In this document: piece by piece, positions 26,426 through 40,589 of the stretch
Position numbering within the stretch: the first letter of the stretch is position 1
Layout: the number at the start of each line of letters is the position of its first letter
Source of the DNA: Chiloscyllium plagiosum
Taxonomy: Eukaryota
Direction of reading: 5' to 3'
DNA length: 60,000 bases
Assembly (NCBI RefSeq): GCF_004010195.1
Contig: NC_057751.1
Coordinates: 9,307,611 to 9,367,610 of the forward strand
Notes under the pieces: model-generated
Seen by the model: only the letters and a program-made list of their open reading frames with translations
Told to the model about the DNA's origin: nothing
Database searches by the model: none
Program-made: the position numbers and the translations under genes

Positions 26426-27670
26426 GTAACCTGACCTCAGGAGAAGTGACAGCAGAAAAAACAGGACCGCATCCCAGGCTTTACAGTGGGAGGCCTGTCG
26501 TGTTATTCACCAGCTAAGGCACGTGGACCTCAAAGAATCCAGTTCGCTGTTTGGGCCAGGTGAACAGCCAAAATCAGGGAGTCCTGGCTGACAAATATAA
26601 ACAGGAGTATCATGAGTTCTGCTCACTCTTGGGGCTAACTTTCAGCTAACTGGCTCACACAAGTAAATAATTAAAGGGTGACTTGGTAACAGGATAAAGG
26701 TTGAGAAAGGTCAACAGTGAGTGAGGAAGGGCAACTTCCAAAGTCATGATCCGTGATTATTATCCGAGATGCAGGATTGCCAAAGGCCAAATGAGGCAAA
26801 GGGTGGAACAAAGAAAGACTGATGTGGGAGAAGAGAGCACTGATACCAGTCCTGGTTAAGTAGGAGCAGAACCAGTGGGATGCTCTCCACGTGGAACCTC
26901 CACATGTTTGCCAAATACATAATTCGTGAAGTATAGAGAATTTTAAATCATCTACACAGGGACAGGTGATTACGTTTGGGTAGAGTTAGTAAATGCAACA
27001 ATGGAGGCAATAGAAAGTATTACTTAAAAGTGAAATAAGAAACACAATTGAAGGGACTCAGAGTACAAATAGAAACTCAACCAATGAACACAGCTGGAAT
27101 TCAGAAGCAAGAAAAATGAAGAAAGGATAAAACTAAAGGCTTGGCGAATCAGTAAGGCAGTCAGCACAAAGCAAGTGAAATGACAACTAAAGCAGAAATG
27201 AATAACTATGATTTGGAAGTGGTCACATGAACAAGACGACAAAGGTGACATGACAGAGATCTGAATCTTGACGAGTACACATACTCAGTTTGCAACATGA
27301 GGAAACAAGGAAAATGGTTTCAGGAGGGATGAACAGAGAGATATGGTAAACATTTAAAGGGATATTTCTGGAATGGTCAAATGGATACATTCCAAATAAC
27401 AGGAAAAAAAACCAAGGTACACATCCATCCACCAGAGCTCAAAAATATAAAATGCAGTCTCAAAACCTCAAGATAAAAAGCACAAAATGCACAAAGACAG
27501 ATGGCTGGTGAGAGGATTGGACAAATTGTGAAAAAAAAAAATCAAAGAATGAGCAAGAAAAAACCCCCAGAGAGTACGACCCAATTAAATCAACCTGAAA
27601 TTTAAAAATAGAGTAAGAATTTCTATAATGTCTAAAGAACAAAGTGAAGGCTTGTCCAATATGAAGTTAG

Positions 27671-28651
27671 CTGGAAATGTGTTGCTGGAAAAGCGCAGCA
27701 GGTCAGGCAGCATCCAGGGAACAGGAGAATCGACGTTTCGGGCATAAGCCCTTCTTCAGGAATGAGGAAAGTTTGTCCAGCAGGCTAAGATAAAAGGTAG
27801 GGAGGAGGGACTTNNNNNNNNNNNNNNNNNNNNNNNNNNNNNNNNNNNNNNNNNNNNNNNNNNNNNNNNNNNNNNNNNNNNNNNNNNNNNNNNNNAGGAG
27901 GCCACATCGGGTGCAGCGGATGCTGCAGGGTGGTTGGGTTGGTTCGTCCGGGTGGCCCAGAGGTGCTCTCTGAATCGCTCCGCAAGTAGGCGGCCTGTCT
28001 CCCCAATATAGAGGAGGCCACACCGGCTGCAGCGGATGCAGTAGATGATGTGGGTGGAGGTGCAGGTGAATCTGTGGCGGATATGGAAGTTTCCCTTGGG
28101 GCCTTGGAGAGAAGTGAGGGGGGAGGTGTGGGCGCAAGTGTTGCACCTCCTGCGGTTGCAAGGGAAGGTGCCGGGGGTGGAGGTTGGGTCGGTGGGGGGT
28201 GTGGATCTGACAAGGGAGTCGCGGAGGGAGTGGTCTCTACGGAAAGCTGATAGGGGTGGGGAGGGAAATATATCCTTGGTGCTGGGGTCTGTTTGGAGGT
28301 GGCGGAAGTGACGGCGGATGATGCGCTGTACATGGAGATTGGTGGGGTGGTAGGTGAGGACCAGTGGGGTTCTGTCCTGATGGCTGTTGGAGGGGCGGGG
28401 CTCAAGGGCGGAGGAGCGGGAAGTGGAGGAGATGTGGTGGAGGGCATCGTCGACCACGTCGGGGGGGAAATTGTGGTCCTTGAAGAAGGAGGCCATCTGT
28501 GTTTTACGTATTTTGAACTGGTCCTCCTGGGAGCAGATGCGGCGGGGTCGAAGGAATTGGGAGAATGGGATGGCGTTTTTACAGGGGGCAGGATGGGAGG
28601 AGGTGTAGTCCAGGTAGCTGTGGGAGTCGGTCGGTTTGTAGTAGATGTCCG
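27671..28651 (-). mobile_element. Young 5'-truncated Neptune-type PLE (RT thumb, Cys linker, GIY-YIG endonuclease, terminal repeat)
   Basis: Open frame TDIYYKPTDSHSYL...CNRRRCNTC...IIYCIRCSRCGLLYIGETGRLLAERFREH. 9-bp TSD TGAAGTTAG at 27662-27670 and 28652-28660. GC- and CpG-rich; gap at 27814-27896. Confidence 0.92.
27732..27759 (-). ncRNA. Minimal hammerhead ribozyme motif
   Basis: CUGAAGA-A-GGGC-UUAU-GCCC-GAAACGUC on the PLE sense strand. Confidence 0.65.
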
Positions 28652-28844
28652 TGAAGTTAGACTAGTGAATTAAAGAATGAACCAGAGAACATGGGAAGGC
28701 AGTTGAACTGGTAGTTTGCATTGGTCTTCCTGAGAAAATATACGAGTAACATGCCAGAAGCAGTGATAAATCAGGAAGGAAAGGAGGAACATAGGAAACC
28801 CAAATCACCACAGAAATGGTCATGAGTAAACTGCTCGAGCTCGA

Positions 28845-28925
28845 GATTAGAGTGGTGCTGGAAAAGCACAGCAGGTCAGGCAGCATCCAAGGAGCAGGAA
28901 AAATCGACATTTCAGGCAAAAGCCT
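28845..28925 (-). mobile_element. Short PLE terminal remnant
   Basis: gtggtgctggaaaagcacagcaggtcaggcagcatcc...tcgacatttcaggcaaaagcc. Confidence 0.7.
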
Positions 28926-29384
28926 GGAGCTGCCAGCTGACAAGTGCCTGAGTCCTCATCAGATGGTTGATGCATTGATCCGAATTCTGCAAGACTTCCT
29001 TGGTTCAGGGGCATGTCCATAAAACTAACAAACAACAAACGTAATCCCTTTTTACAAAAAAGAAGAAAGACAGAATGCAGCATATCACAGACCAGTTAAC
29101 TGAACAACTAACATGCTGAAAATCTTAAACTATTATTCAAGACGTTCTCAGCAGGGCATTCAAATAAGCAAGGTAATCAGGCAAAGTAAAGATAGTTTTA
29201 AAAAAGAGAAATCATGTTCAACTGGAGTTATTTCAGAACATAATGTATGCAAGGAATAAAGGGGAACCATTGGATATACCGTACTCAGAATCTCCAGAGA
29301 GCATTTGTTAAGTTGCCGCGTGAAAGGCTATTGTGGAAAATAAACACTGCTGTTTGTGGTTAGCTAATTAGCATGGATCAAAAG

Positions 29385-30112
29385 GCATGGCACTGAGAAA
29401 ACACAGGAGGTCAGGCAGCATCTGAGGAGCAGGAGAGTTGATGTTTCGGGCATAAGCCCTTCAATGAGGAGAGGGAATATGGCTGAGNNNNNNNNNNNNN
29501 NNNNNNNNNNNNNNNNNNNNNNNNNNNNNNNNAATTCCAATATTGATGCCATTTGGTTGGAGGATCCCAACGTGGAAGACGAGGCATTCTTCCTCCAGTC
29601 GTTAGATGGCTTGGATTTGGTGGTGGAGGAGGCCCAGGACTTGCATGTCCTTGGTGGATTGGGGAGGAGAATTGAAGTGGTTGGCCAGAGGGCAGTGGGG
29701 TTGGTTGGTAGGTGTGTCCCAGAGATGTTCCCTGAAACAGTCCTGTCTCCCTGATGTAAAGGAGATGACATCTAGAGTAATGGACACAGTTGATGAGGTG
29801 GGTGGATGTGCAGGAAAATCTCTGCCGGATGTGAAAAGATCCTCTGGGGCCTTGGATGGAGGTGAAGAGGGAAGTGTGGGCGCACGTTTTAAATGTCTTG
29901 CAGATGCCATGGAAGATGCCAGGTGTCGAGGCTGGGTGGTGGAGGGCCTCCACCTAACAAGAGAATCACGGAGGGATCAGTCTCTGTGGAACACTGATAG
30001 GATGGGGAGGGAAATATATCTGTGGTGTGTGGGGTTTGATTGTAGGTGGCAGAAATGGCAGAGAATAATGTGCCGTGTGCTGAGATTAGTAGGATGGAAG
30101 GCGAGGACCAGG
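29385..30112 (-). mobile_element. Older Neptune-type PLE 3' fragment
   Basis: Frameshifted CKTFKTCAHTS...LLYIRETG...FREHL; degenerate hammerhead at 29440-29468. Confidence 0.85.
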
Positions 30113-31059
30113 GATCAAAAATTGGCAACAGGAAGCAGAGAGGAGGCATAGACAAGATTTAACAAGACATTGGAATTGATGAGAGTATCTCAAGTGCCCA
30201 CAATGTATATTGAAAATACCCTCACTTGATTTTCTCCTTGATTTCATCTTTTAAAAAATCATTCTGGTTTGAAGCTCTGAACTAGGAGCTGAAAGTAACT
30301 TCGGACTGTGAGATACAGCTCATTTAAAAAACAAACGAATTCAGTGCTTCAGGCCAGATCTGGAAGTTAGTTGTAAGGTCATGATTGTTAAAAGTACTTT
30401 TAAGTTATTAAACTCCAGATAGGCAATCTGCTCATCTGATGGCAGATGTTTATATGATAATAGGAGGGCAATCACGTAGAGAAAATTGGCCGAAACGAAA
30501 GAGAAACCAGAATTGCAACTGGTTTTTGCACTATATTTCAGTCAGAAGGATTGGGCTTGTGAAAACCACAGGGTGGAGGTTTGACTGCTCCCTAATTGTC
30601 CTCTTATTGTAAAGTTTTTGAGCTGTTCAGAGAACAGAATCTCAGTGATAACAACTCAATTAATATCCCTCAGAAAATATTTAATCTTATCTGCATGCAT
30701 TGGTTTCTTCAGGAAAGAAATTGGATACAACCTAAACATCTGCCATGTTAGAGATCGTACGGTCAGCTTACGTGAACATTTTTTTTCATTTATCTATTGC
30801 TTCTGTCTCTGCCTCTGCTGGTATGAATAAGTGTGCCAGAATCAACAGAGATCAGGTTTAAGTCAATTAAATAACCTTGTACTTTAAGTTTGCTGTGCGT
30901 AAGATACTGTTTGTCAGTGAAATATTTTGTTTAAGCTACTAACTTCTCAACTGGCATTCGGTATTCACCAAGTCTGGACTTGGTTTTTTACTGGGGTCAA
31001 TTTTGGAGCTAGTTTTGTGTGAGATGGTCTTTGACCAGTCAGAGTGGATGCAATCACTG

Positions 31060-32555
31060 CAGTCAGGTACGTTCCAGAGGACCCCTATTTTAGAAAGGAG
31101 AGAAGCAATAGACAGGAAATTATAGCTTGGTTAGCATGACCACAGTTGTTGCCAAGATTTGAGTCCATTATTAACGATGAGACTATAGGAAACTTGGAAG
31201 TGCACTGCAGAAGAGGGCTGAGTCAACACAGCTTCACAGGGATATCTTCCTTGACAAATCTATCAGACTTCTTTGAGGAGGTAACAAACAAGCCACACAA
31301 AGGAGAGCCACTGAACATCATCAATTTGGATGGCCACAAGGCATTTTGAGGAGTGGGGATAAAGTGGTTCCTTTCAGGATGGGAGCCACTGACCCATGGA
31401 GTTCCACAGGGATCTGTGTTGGGAGTATAACTATTCACATTATGCATTAACAATCCAGATGAACGAATTGATAGTATTATTGCCAAAGTTGCAGATAAGG
31501 CCATGATAGGTGAAGGGGCAGAGAGTGTTGAAGAGGTGGGGTGACTGCAGCTGAACTTAAGACTATAAGAGTCAGCCAAGAAGTGTCAGATGGTTTACAA
31601 TGTGGCCAAACATGAAGTTATGCATATCGCTGGAAAGATTAGAGGAACAGAGTACTTTCTGAATGGGGAGAGGCTTTGGAAATCTGAAGCACAAAAGGAT
31701 TGGGGAGTCAAGAGTTCTCAATTCTCTTCAGGTTAACATGTAGGTTCAGTTTCTGGATTAGTGGTGCTGGAAGAGCACAGCAATTCAGGCATCATCCGTC
31801 TGGTCCTCGGATGCTGCCTGAACTGCTGTGCTCTTCCAGCACCACGAGTCCAGTATCTGGTTTCCAGCATCTGCAGTCATTGCCAACTGAACCTTCATGG
31901 TAAAAACAGTCATAAGGGCAAATGCAACGTTAGCATTAATTTCGACAGAGCTAGAACCCATGAGTGGGATGTACAGCAGAGGCTGTATAAAGCTCTCGTC
32001 AGACAGCATTTAGAACACAGAAGTTTGTGGCCGTTTGTCGAAGGCGGTGCTGGCCTTCGTGGGGATCCAGACCAAATTCATGAAAACAGTGTGAGGAATG
32101 ATGGACTTGTCACATGAGGAGTGATTGAGGACTGTGGGTCTGTTCTCAATGGAATGGTGTTGCATGAAGGAGGATCTAAAACTTACAGAATACCAAGAAG
32201 CTGGATGGAGTGGACACGGAGAAGACATTTGTCAGTGTATAAGAGCAGAGTACCAAAGGGCAGAGGATCGGAGTAAAGTGAGGATCCTTCAGAACTAAGC
32301 TAAGGAGGAACTTCTTCAGCCAGAGGGTTGAGAATCTGTAAAATTCATTGCTTCAGTAAGCTGCAATGCCAAGTTATTTGAGTGTCTTTAACACAGAGAT
32401 AGACAAGTTCTTGATTAAGTAGGGCATCAAAGATTAGTGGGAGATGGTTGGAGAATAGGATTGGAGAGACATATCAATAGTCAAACAGTGGAGCAGAGTC
32501 AGAGTCAATGAGCTGACTGGCCTAATTCTACTCAGATATCTGATGGTCCGATTAT
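31060..32555 (+). mobile_element. CR1 ORF2 fragments and 3' end
   Basis: SLTNLSDFFEEVT, GVPQGSVLG, KVAD and a 3' tail. Confidence 0.85.
31751..31908. mobile_element. Short PLE hairpin insertion inside CR1
   Basis: 31752-31798 is inverted against 31807-31853; same family as 51588-53008. Confidence 0.8.
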
Positions 32556-33074
32556 GTCATTCAAGCAGGTACCAAGAAAACCAAAAAGTTAAAATCTAAA
32601 GGAAATATAATTTAGAATCCTGGCATTTTTTCACATGCAAGACTTTGAGTGGGGTCAAGGTTGGTTCACAAGCTTCTTGCAAGCATGCAAAAGTAAGGAA
32701 AAACTTGCAGGTTATGAACTTGTCAGTTCCTCAGTATTTTTCATGGTTTTTGCATCGGCAAGAAATGGGCAGATTTTTTCAAAGACGTGAAGATGGCAAT
32801 TTCACCTCCAGTCATTTCCACACAAGATGCTGGAACCTTCATCGAGATACTGGCCTGTTGTATTTTTCCATTTTGGTTCCATTGTGTTTTTTTAGGTAGG
32901 TTAAACTGACTGTCAGTGTCAATTTTCTGGCCTGACTTCAAGTCTTGCTCATACCACAATGTTTTCATTGGTCTTGACTGCAGGAACAGTCTCTTGCAAG
33001 ACAACGCAGACCAGATCAACACTGCCCATCATGGAACTATTTATTTCCTGTAATTCGCTCCATCCACAACAACA

Positions 33075-33460
33075 TATAGCAATTCATCCAATCCATGCTG
33101 ACCAGACATCCAAACCTAATCTAGTCCCATTTGCCAGCACTTGGCCCATAACCCTCGAAACTGCTCCTGTTCATATACCCATCCAGCTGCCTTTTCAACA
33201 TTCTAATTGTACCAGCCTCTACCATTCCATACATGCACCATCCTTTGCATGAAAAAATTGCACCTTAGGGCCCTTTTAAAATCTTTTCCCTCTCACCCTA
33301 AACCTATGCCTGAGTGTTTTGGACTCCCCCATGCCAGGCAACCCCCCACCTCTGGCAACATCTTTTCTGAACACTTTCAAGTTTCACAATATTCTTCCAT
33401 TAGGATTACACACAATATTCCAAAAGTGCCCTAACCAATGTCCTGTACAGCTGCAACACT
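33075..33460 (-). mobile_element. CR1 3' fragment
   Basis: Same 3' end sequence as 12190-12600. Confidence 0.8.
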
Positions 33461-36400
33461 GATTTGCTCACATATCAAACATTCCATGGAGTTTTCTGAA
33501 AACCTGGCTTGAAGGGGCTTCCTATAACCGAAGAATAGGCCTTGCACAGTTCAATAAACCAAAATCACTCTATCCCCTTACACTTCAAGGTGGCAGTAAT
33601 TACAATACAAGAGTGGAAAATAGAATACAACTACAATGGTAAAACATATTCTTCAACAACCTGGAGAGATAATAACGGAGATAATAAATCAGAACAAGTA
33701 GAAAATTTTCCTTTTTGAACAATCAATACCATTACAGTTAATAGTCACAGACGTCACGAGATAAGAAATGTAATGCTTTGAGAAGATCTTATTACCTTAT
33801 TTCAATATTCCTTGTGATTTACTAGAATGGGATGCTTGCTGCAGTGATACATTCAGGTTAACATATAATTCAATACGTGAATCAAATTGAAGGTGCTGTC
33901 TCAGATCGCAGTCTGTGCTCATTGAGCTGATTACACAGCAACTGGGGCTGCAGAACTGACCAATGAACCAACTTGTGTGGAGCACAAACAGCCAGAATGG
34001 CTGTAACTTCTTCACCTCTTCATCCCTGCTGGAATGCAGGTAGAGTTCGGAGGTACACCTACACCAAATGAAATGCAGTACAGAGGAATCTTGATTATCT
34101 GAAGGACATGGGCAGGGAATATTTCATTCAGTTAATCAAATACTGGATAACAGTTAGCCAAGCATCAGGATCTTGCTATCTTGTTAGTTAATCTGAACTT
34201 TGGTTAATTGAATGCTGGATAATAGAGGTTCCTCTGTAGTTCAATCTAGACAGTTCACAACCAACTTCTCAAAGACACGTGGGAATGGGATATACAACTT
34301 ATCAATTTGTGACACACAGATCCCAATGAGTTTGAAAGAAACAAAGAACAGGTTGGTCTGATACTGAAAATTAGGAATTTGGTTTTGTTGCCAACTGTGG
34401 TACAACCTGCCCATATGTAACATTGTGGTTGAGAAGCTCAAAGCTAATTTACAGTGTTAAAAAAAATTCTCTTATCAGTATTATTCAAATCCTGCCATTG
34501 AATTAAAAGAATGTAGTTTAAGTGAGTCTTTAAACATTGCAAAAATCCTTTTAACAACATTGTACTAATCAAAATAAAACAATGAAAGAAAGAGAGTGAT
34601 GTGGACAGGATTATCCTTGTTTTTATTTACATATGGTCAGCCCATTTTCAAGAGCCAGATGCACCAAGCAACCCCCACCCCCGGACCACACTCCATATCA
34701 AGGGCAAGGTAGGTCAAATCCAGCGCGAAGCAAACACTCAAGGCTGCCCCATGACAGAACGGTCTCCATCACACTCTTCCACCCCTGTCCCTGCACACAC
34801 ACACGCGCTGTTTGCGGGAGCAGGGAGTCAAAAGGAAGATAAGTGGCTTTCAGCAACTGTAGAGCACCACCTATCTGTGCCCCTAATCATAGCAAACCTC
34901 AGGCAAATTAAGGTCTCTCATCCAAGCCTGCCAACAACCACCCCCCCCCCGGCCATTTTACAGGATGCCAATTGAGTCTGTTCCCTAATATGTCAAGCAG
35001 ACAGAGCAGAGGTAGGTTTCAGGATTTCATTGTGCTTATATACTGACCACTTAAGTCACTGTTTAGTCTGTGAGTCAGAAAGGTCAACCATGGAATGTCA
35101 AACCCAAAACCTTGTGCAAGAAGGGAGAATTCTTCTCTGGTACCAACCACCCTAGGATCACCCCTTGTTATCAGATTCTCAGGAGGGCATCTTGTACAGC
35201 ATTCAAAGAACTTAAATTCCATGTGGTGGTGCAACAGGTTCTGTCATGAGGTTGGTTTCAGGATACTGAAGTAGATTATCAGCCTAACCCCACAAGAGAA
35301 ACCATTTGCCTCTGAATGTCCAATGATAAGTATCTCAGAAACATAACTGCACCCCCATCATATTCTCATCGTATGCATGTATCCAATAGCTTGAACTGCT
35401 GCACAATTTCAAAGCTGAATAATAATACAGCTTTTCCTTCTTCAATATGTCTTGAAAGAATTCCAGTAGTACACAAACACATCAATGTTTTACCTGCAGA
35501 GTTTCAGAAATTGTCTGTTTGTTTTGGCAAGTTTTAATTGCAAGAGCCAAAATGAAAAAATCAGGTGGCGTTAGCAGGAAGCATAAGTGTGGCATGAATA
35601 TTTCTTGGACACTTCCACTGATTCGTGAAAAGGTCGCTTGCTCCTCAGAATTCAAAAGTTTAGAGATGTTTCCAAGCTCTTCCAATCTGGAGCTCTGTAT
35701 GTGAAAGATGAAGCTGGACTATACAACAGGTGAACCAGAAACAATCCCTTTAATGCTGCAGCTTCGTGTTCTGGGCATTCCAAACCTTGGCTCATACTCT
35801 TGCGTGGTCCCTCAACAGTTCTTGTTATGAAGGAGCGAACAAACAGGATGCTTTGTGTCAATGATTTAGTTCTCAAATCCAAGATCATGAAAGTATTTTT
35901 TACTGACCAAAACAAGATTTGCTTCATGTACATATATAATGCTGCTTCTTTGTATTCATTCTTAACAGGGATAGCAAAGTAGAAACCTACATACAAATGT
36001 ATAGTTATGCAAATGTACATTTTTGAACCATTTTGTATGTAACATGGAATAGTCAGATATTTCAACTGCTTTGTGCAACAATAAAGCACGCAGTAATAAT
36101 AAATTAGTGTCAAGTGTGATGTACATTGACATCATGGCTTTGAATTGGAAAAGCAAACTATACCGCATTCTGATCAATGTGCATTTCAGTATCAAACGTG
36201 CAGCACAGAAAGAGGCGCTTGGGCCCACCACATCTGTGCCAAATATGCTGTGATTCCCAAGTAACATCATCTGACTGCAGGTGGTCCACATCTCTATTCC
36301 CTGCATGTTAACATGTTTGTTCAAATGCCTCTTAAAACTGGTTTATTGGAACTGATTCTACCACCTCCCCAGCAGCATGTCAGACACACACACTTGTCTG

Positions 36401-37984
36401 ACAAACATACCTTCAGAGCCACTTGCAACTCCAAAGTCCTATTTAGTCAAGTGCATGAAATCCATCCACATATTCAAAGACCATTCAGCCCAGATTCTCT
36501 TGCACATATTGAAAATACAAAAAGACATGATCTGACATTCTCTCATCCGACCTCACTTGGGCACAAAACATCAGCAGCATGAAGACACAGATCCTCCAAT
36601 GAAACTGCCGAACAATTCAAGCTTCATGGAAGGAACTTTTGTGCACTTAGTGCAACAAACCACACAACCTGCTCCCCACACACAGAGACACCTCCCTTGC
36701 CTTCATCTGCAATCTTGAGACAGCCTTTCAGCGAAAGATCTCCAACAATAGTCTCTCCAAGAAACATTTAGAAGAGATTCATTAAATTTTCATTCATGTG
36801 AAGAAAAGTACGCTGCTAAAATTTTGAGTCGGGAAGTGATTTTGCACTGAAAATCAGCAACTTATGCCATCCGCAGCAAATGTCTTGAAGCATTACAGCA
36901 AACTTCTCTTCAGAACCTTCAGCTACAGATCAGCCTGACACTTTGTTTTTGGCCATACAGCATTGACAGAGAGGGTAAGTCAAATGCCTTCATTTGGTTT
37001 GTTTCTGTTAAGATTATGGAAGTGATCTACTGATTCAAGCTGGTTTGATTGAGCAAGTGCCTGTGGCATCTCTGTGGTAATGAGAATGTGGTGACAGAAA
37101 TAGAAATTGCTGGAAAAACTCACCAAGTCTGGAAGCATCTGTGGAGACAAATGCAAGTTAATGTTTTGGGTTGAGTGAGTATTCCTCAGAACATCTTCTG
37201 ATTTCCTACTTGATTGCCTCTTTGACTGAGATTACTAATGGCCTGTCATTTGCATCTGTTCCTTGTTGTTCCAGAAGTAATCACTGGTAATGCACCTTCC
37301 ATTTATACAAACTCTGGATTTGTCTTTTATTTGTTTTCTTGTCTCAGAACCATTATTTTGTTGTGCTAGCACCATAATTTCTACATTATTTCCAACCTTT
37401 CTTCTACCATCAACCTCTGCCTAGCGCCGCTATGTTTCCCCACTTGGTTTATAATGTTGAACATCACAATACAGAAGAGCCTCAATTGGAGCTTCCTCCA
37501 CCACTCAGGCAGTGCATTCTTGATCACAACCACTCTGAACATCAAGGTTTCTCAGGTCTGTTTTGCTTCTTTTCACAATTACATTTTACATTTCTATGAA
37601 TGTATTCTTGATTGTTGCATCAATGCCATCTGCAATCTCACTTCAGTATACAAGTTTGTCATCAAGCTTGTCAAAATTAACTCAACTCTGACAGAACATC
37701 ATTGAACCAAACATGTCCCATATTTCTTCCCCTATGAGTGACCCAGCCCAACTGGCTCAGTATTTTCCCACATGTTCCAGTTTAACATATGGCAATTCAT
37801 CTTGGATGATGTTGTTGCAAACACCCCCATACCGATCGATCAATGATTCTGAATTAACATGACAGGCTTCAATAAAAGTGAAATCTTGGAAATCTGAAAT
37901 AAACACACTCGATCCTGAAAAAAATCCAGCATGTCTGGCAGCAGCTGAACAGAAGGAAAGAGAACTTAAAATCCAATATGACTT

Positions 37985-39965
37985 GGGACTGCCATAGTGT
38001 TAAGGGTTTAGATGAAGATGAATTTGTTAAGAGTGTACAAGAAAATTTTCTGATTCAACGTGTGGATGTACCAAGTGGAGATGGTGCACAACGTGACCTT
38101 AGCCTGGGAAATTAGGCACGCAGGTGACTGAGGTGTCAGTGGAGGAGCACTTTGGGGCCGGCGACCATAATTGTATTAGCTTTAAAATAGTGATGGAAAA
38201 GAATAGAGTGGATCTAAATGTTGAACTTCTAAATCAAAGGAAGGCCAATTTGGACAGTATTCGGCAAGAACTTTCAAAAGCTGATTATGGACAGATATTT
38301 GCAGGTAAAAGGTCGGCTGGAAAATTGGAAGCCTTCAAAAATGAGATAATAAGAGTCCAAAGACAGTATTTTGAAGCCAGGGTGAAAGGAAAGGCTGGTC
38401 CGTGGAGGGAAAGCTGGATGATGAGAGGAATTGAGGTTTTGGTTAAGAGAAAGAAGGAACCAAATGTCAGCTTTAGACAGGAGATATCGAATAAATTCCG
38501 AGAAGGGTATAAAGGCAGTAGGAGCATACTTAAGAGGGAAATCGGGAGGGCAAAAACAGGACGTGAGATTGCTTTGGCAAATATGGAAAAAAGGAGAATC
38601 AAAAAGAGATTTTATACAGACATTAAAAGGACAAAAGGGTAACTAACTAGGGAGAGAATAGGGCTCCACAAAAGATCAGCAAGGCAGATGTGTATAACCG
38701 CAGGAGATTGGGGAGTGGGGGAGATACTAAACGAGTGTTTTGCATTAGCGTTTACTGTGGAGAAGGACATGGAAGATGTACAATGTGGGGAAATAGACGG
38801 TGGCATCTTGAAAAAAAAAAGGCCATTTACAGAGGAGATGGTGATGGACGTTTTGAAAAGCATAAACGTGGATAAATCCCCATGACCTGATCAGGTGTGC
38901 CCTCCAACTCTGTGGGAGGCTGTGGAAGTGATTGCTGGGCCCCTTGCTGAGATATTTGTAAAAATGCCGAAAGACAGGAGGTTGGCTACTGTGGTACCAC
39001 TATTTAAGAAAGTTGGTGTGCCACACCACACCAGTGGTGTGCCACAAGGATCAGCGCTGGGTCTACTGCTTTTCATCATTTATGTAAATGATTTGGATGG
39101 GAACATAGGAGGTATAGTTACTAAGTTTGCAAATGGCACCAAAATTGGACGTATGGTGGACAGTGAAGAAGGTTACCTCAGAGTACCAGTTTGGCCAATG
39201 TGCTGAGGAGTGGCAAGTTTAATTTAGATAAATGTGAGGTGCTGCATTTTGGAAAAACAAAACAGATCAGGGCTTATACAATTAATAGTAAGGCCCTTGG
39301 GAGTGTTACTGAACAAAGATACCTCAGAGCGCAGGTATATTATATTGTTCTTTGAAAGTAGAGTCAGAAGTAGATAAGGTAATGAAGATGACATTTGGTA
39401 CGCTTTCTTTAATGGTCAGAGCATTGAGTATAGGAGTTGGGAGGTCAAGTTGCAGCTGTCCAGGACATTGGTTCGGCCACCTTTGGAATATGACATGCAA
39501 TTGTGAAGCTGGAAAGGGTTCAGAAAAGATTTACAAGGCTGTTGGCAGGATTGGAGGATGAGCTATAGGGAGAGGCTGAATAGCCTCCTGGAGTGGAGGC
39601 TGAAGTTTATAAAATCATGAGGGGCATGGCTCGGATGAATAGACAAGGTCTTTTCGTTGGAGTGGGGGAGTCTCGAAATAGTGGGCACAGGTTTAGGGTG
39701 TGAGGGGAAAGATATAAAAGGGACCTAAGGGGCAACTTATTCACACAGGAGAGTGGTGCGTGTGTGGATTGAGCTGCCAGAGGAAGTGGAGGCTGGCACA
39801 AATACAGTATTTAAAAGGCATCTGGATGGGTATATGAATAGGAAGGGTTTAAAGGGCTATGGTTCAATTGCTGGCAAAAGGGACGAGATAAGGCGAGGAT
39901 ATTTGGTTGGCGTGGACAAGTTGGACCGTAGGGTTTGTTTCTGTGCTGTACATCTCGATGACTTA
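37985..39965 (+). mobile_element. CR1 ORF2 (endonuclease end, linker, RT, 3' end), internally deleted
   Basis: EHFGAGDHNCISF, SGVPQGSALGLLLFIIYVNDLD, KFANGTKI and a 3' tail. Confidence 0.9.
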
Positions 39966-40589
39966 ATTCGAAGGGGTTGGAGCATGGCTTTTTTTTAAAA
40001 CAATGCGGTCAACAAAGGAGGAAGACAAGTACAATAGATGTTAAGGGTTTCGACAGCAAAAGGCAAATGGAGTGCTAATGGTTATACATAAGAGATTGAT
40101 AGGTAAATTAAGTGTTAATGATACACGTTAAAAAGGAGAAATCTATCTACTCTGCTGAGAGTGAAGTGAACAAGATGCAGCATTTTCTGTCTTCAATACG
40201 AAAGCCTTGGAATCGATCCATAAAAGCAGCTTTCAAGTCTTGGAGGAGTGCTAAACTGCTTATTCACCAGTATTAGGAAGTTTGTCGCACAAATACCGTG
40301 ATAATGATGACACTAAGACAGTTAAACTTTTCAATGAATCATGAACTCATAATTACATTCTTTGAAATTCTCGTGGCGTTTGATAAGCTGTTTCAACGAA
40401 ACTCCAAAATGGAGGTGTCTGACCAACATTGACCCCCGAATCAGTACAAAAATAAGAACACATGTTGCCATTCACCAAGTTTAGTAAATGGCAATATATA
40501 ATTGGTAAGTAAGCAATTAATGTTATCAGGAGGTACCTCAATAATTTTGGATATTGTCCAGGCTCTCTTTAAAAACTTAGCTCACCTCG

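Noticed and set aside
27785..28673. Pro/Ser- and Gly-rich ORFs in alternative frames
   Set aside because: By-products of the GC-rich PLE coding sequence.
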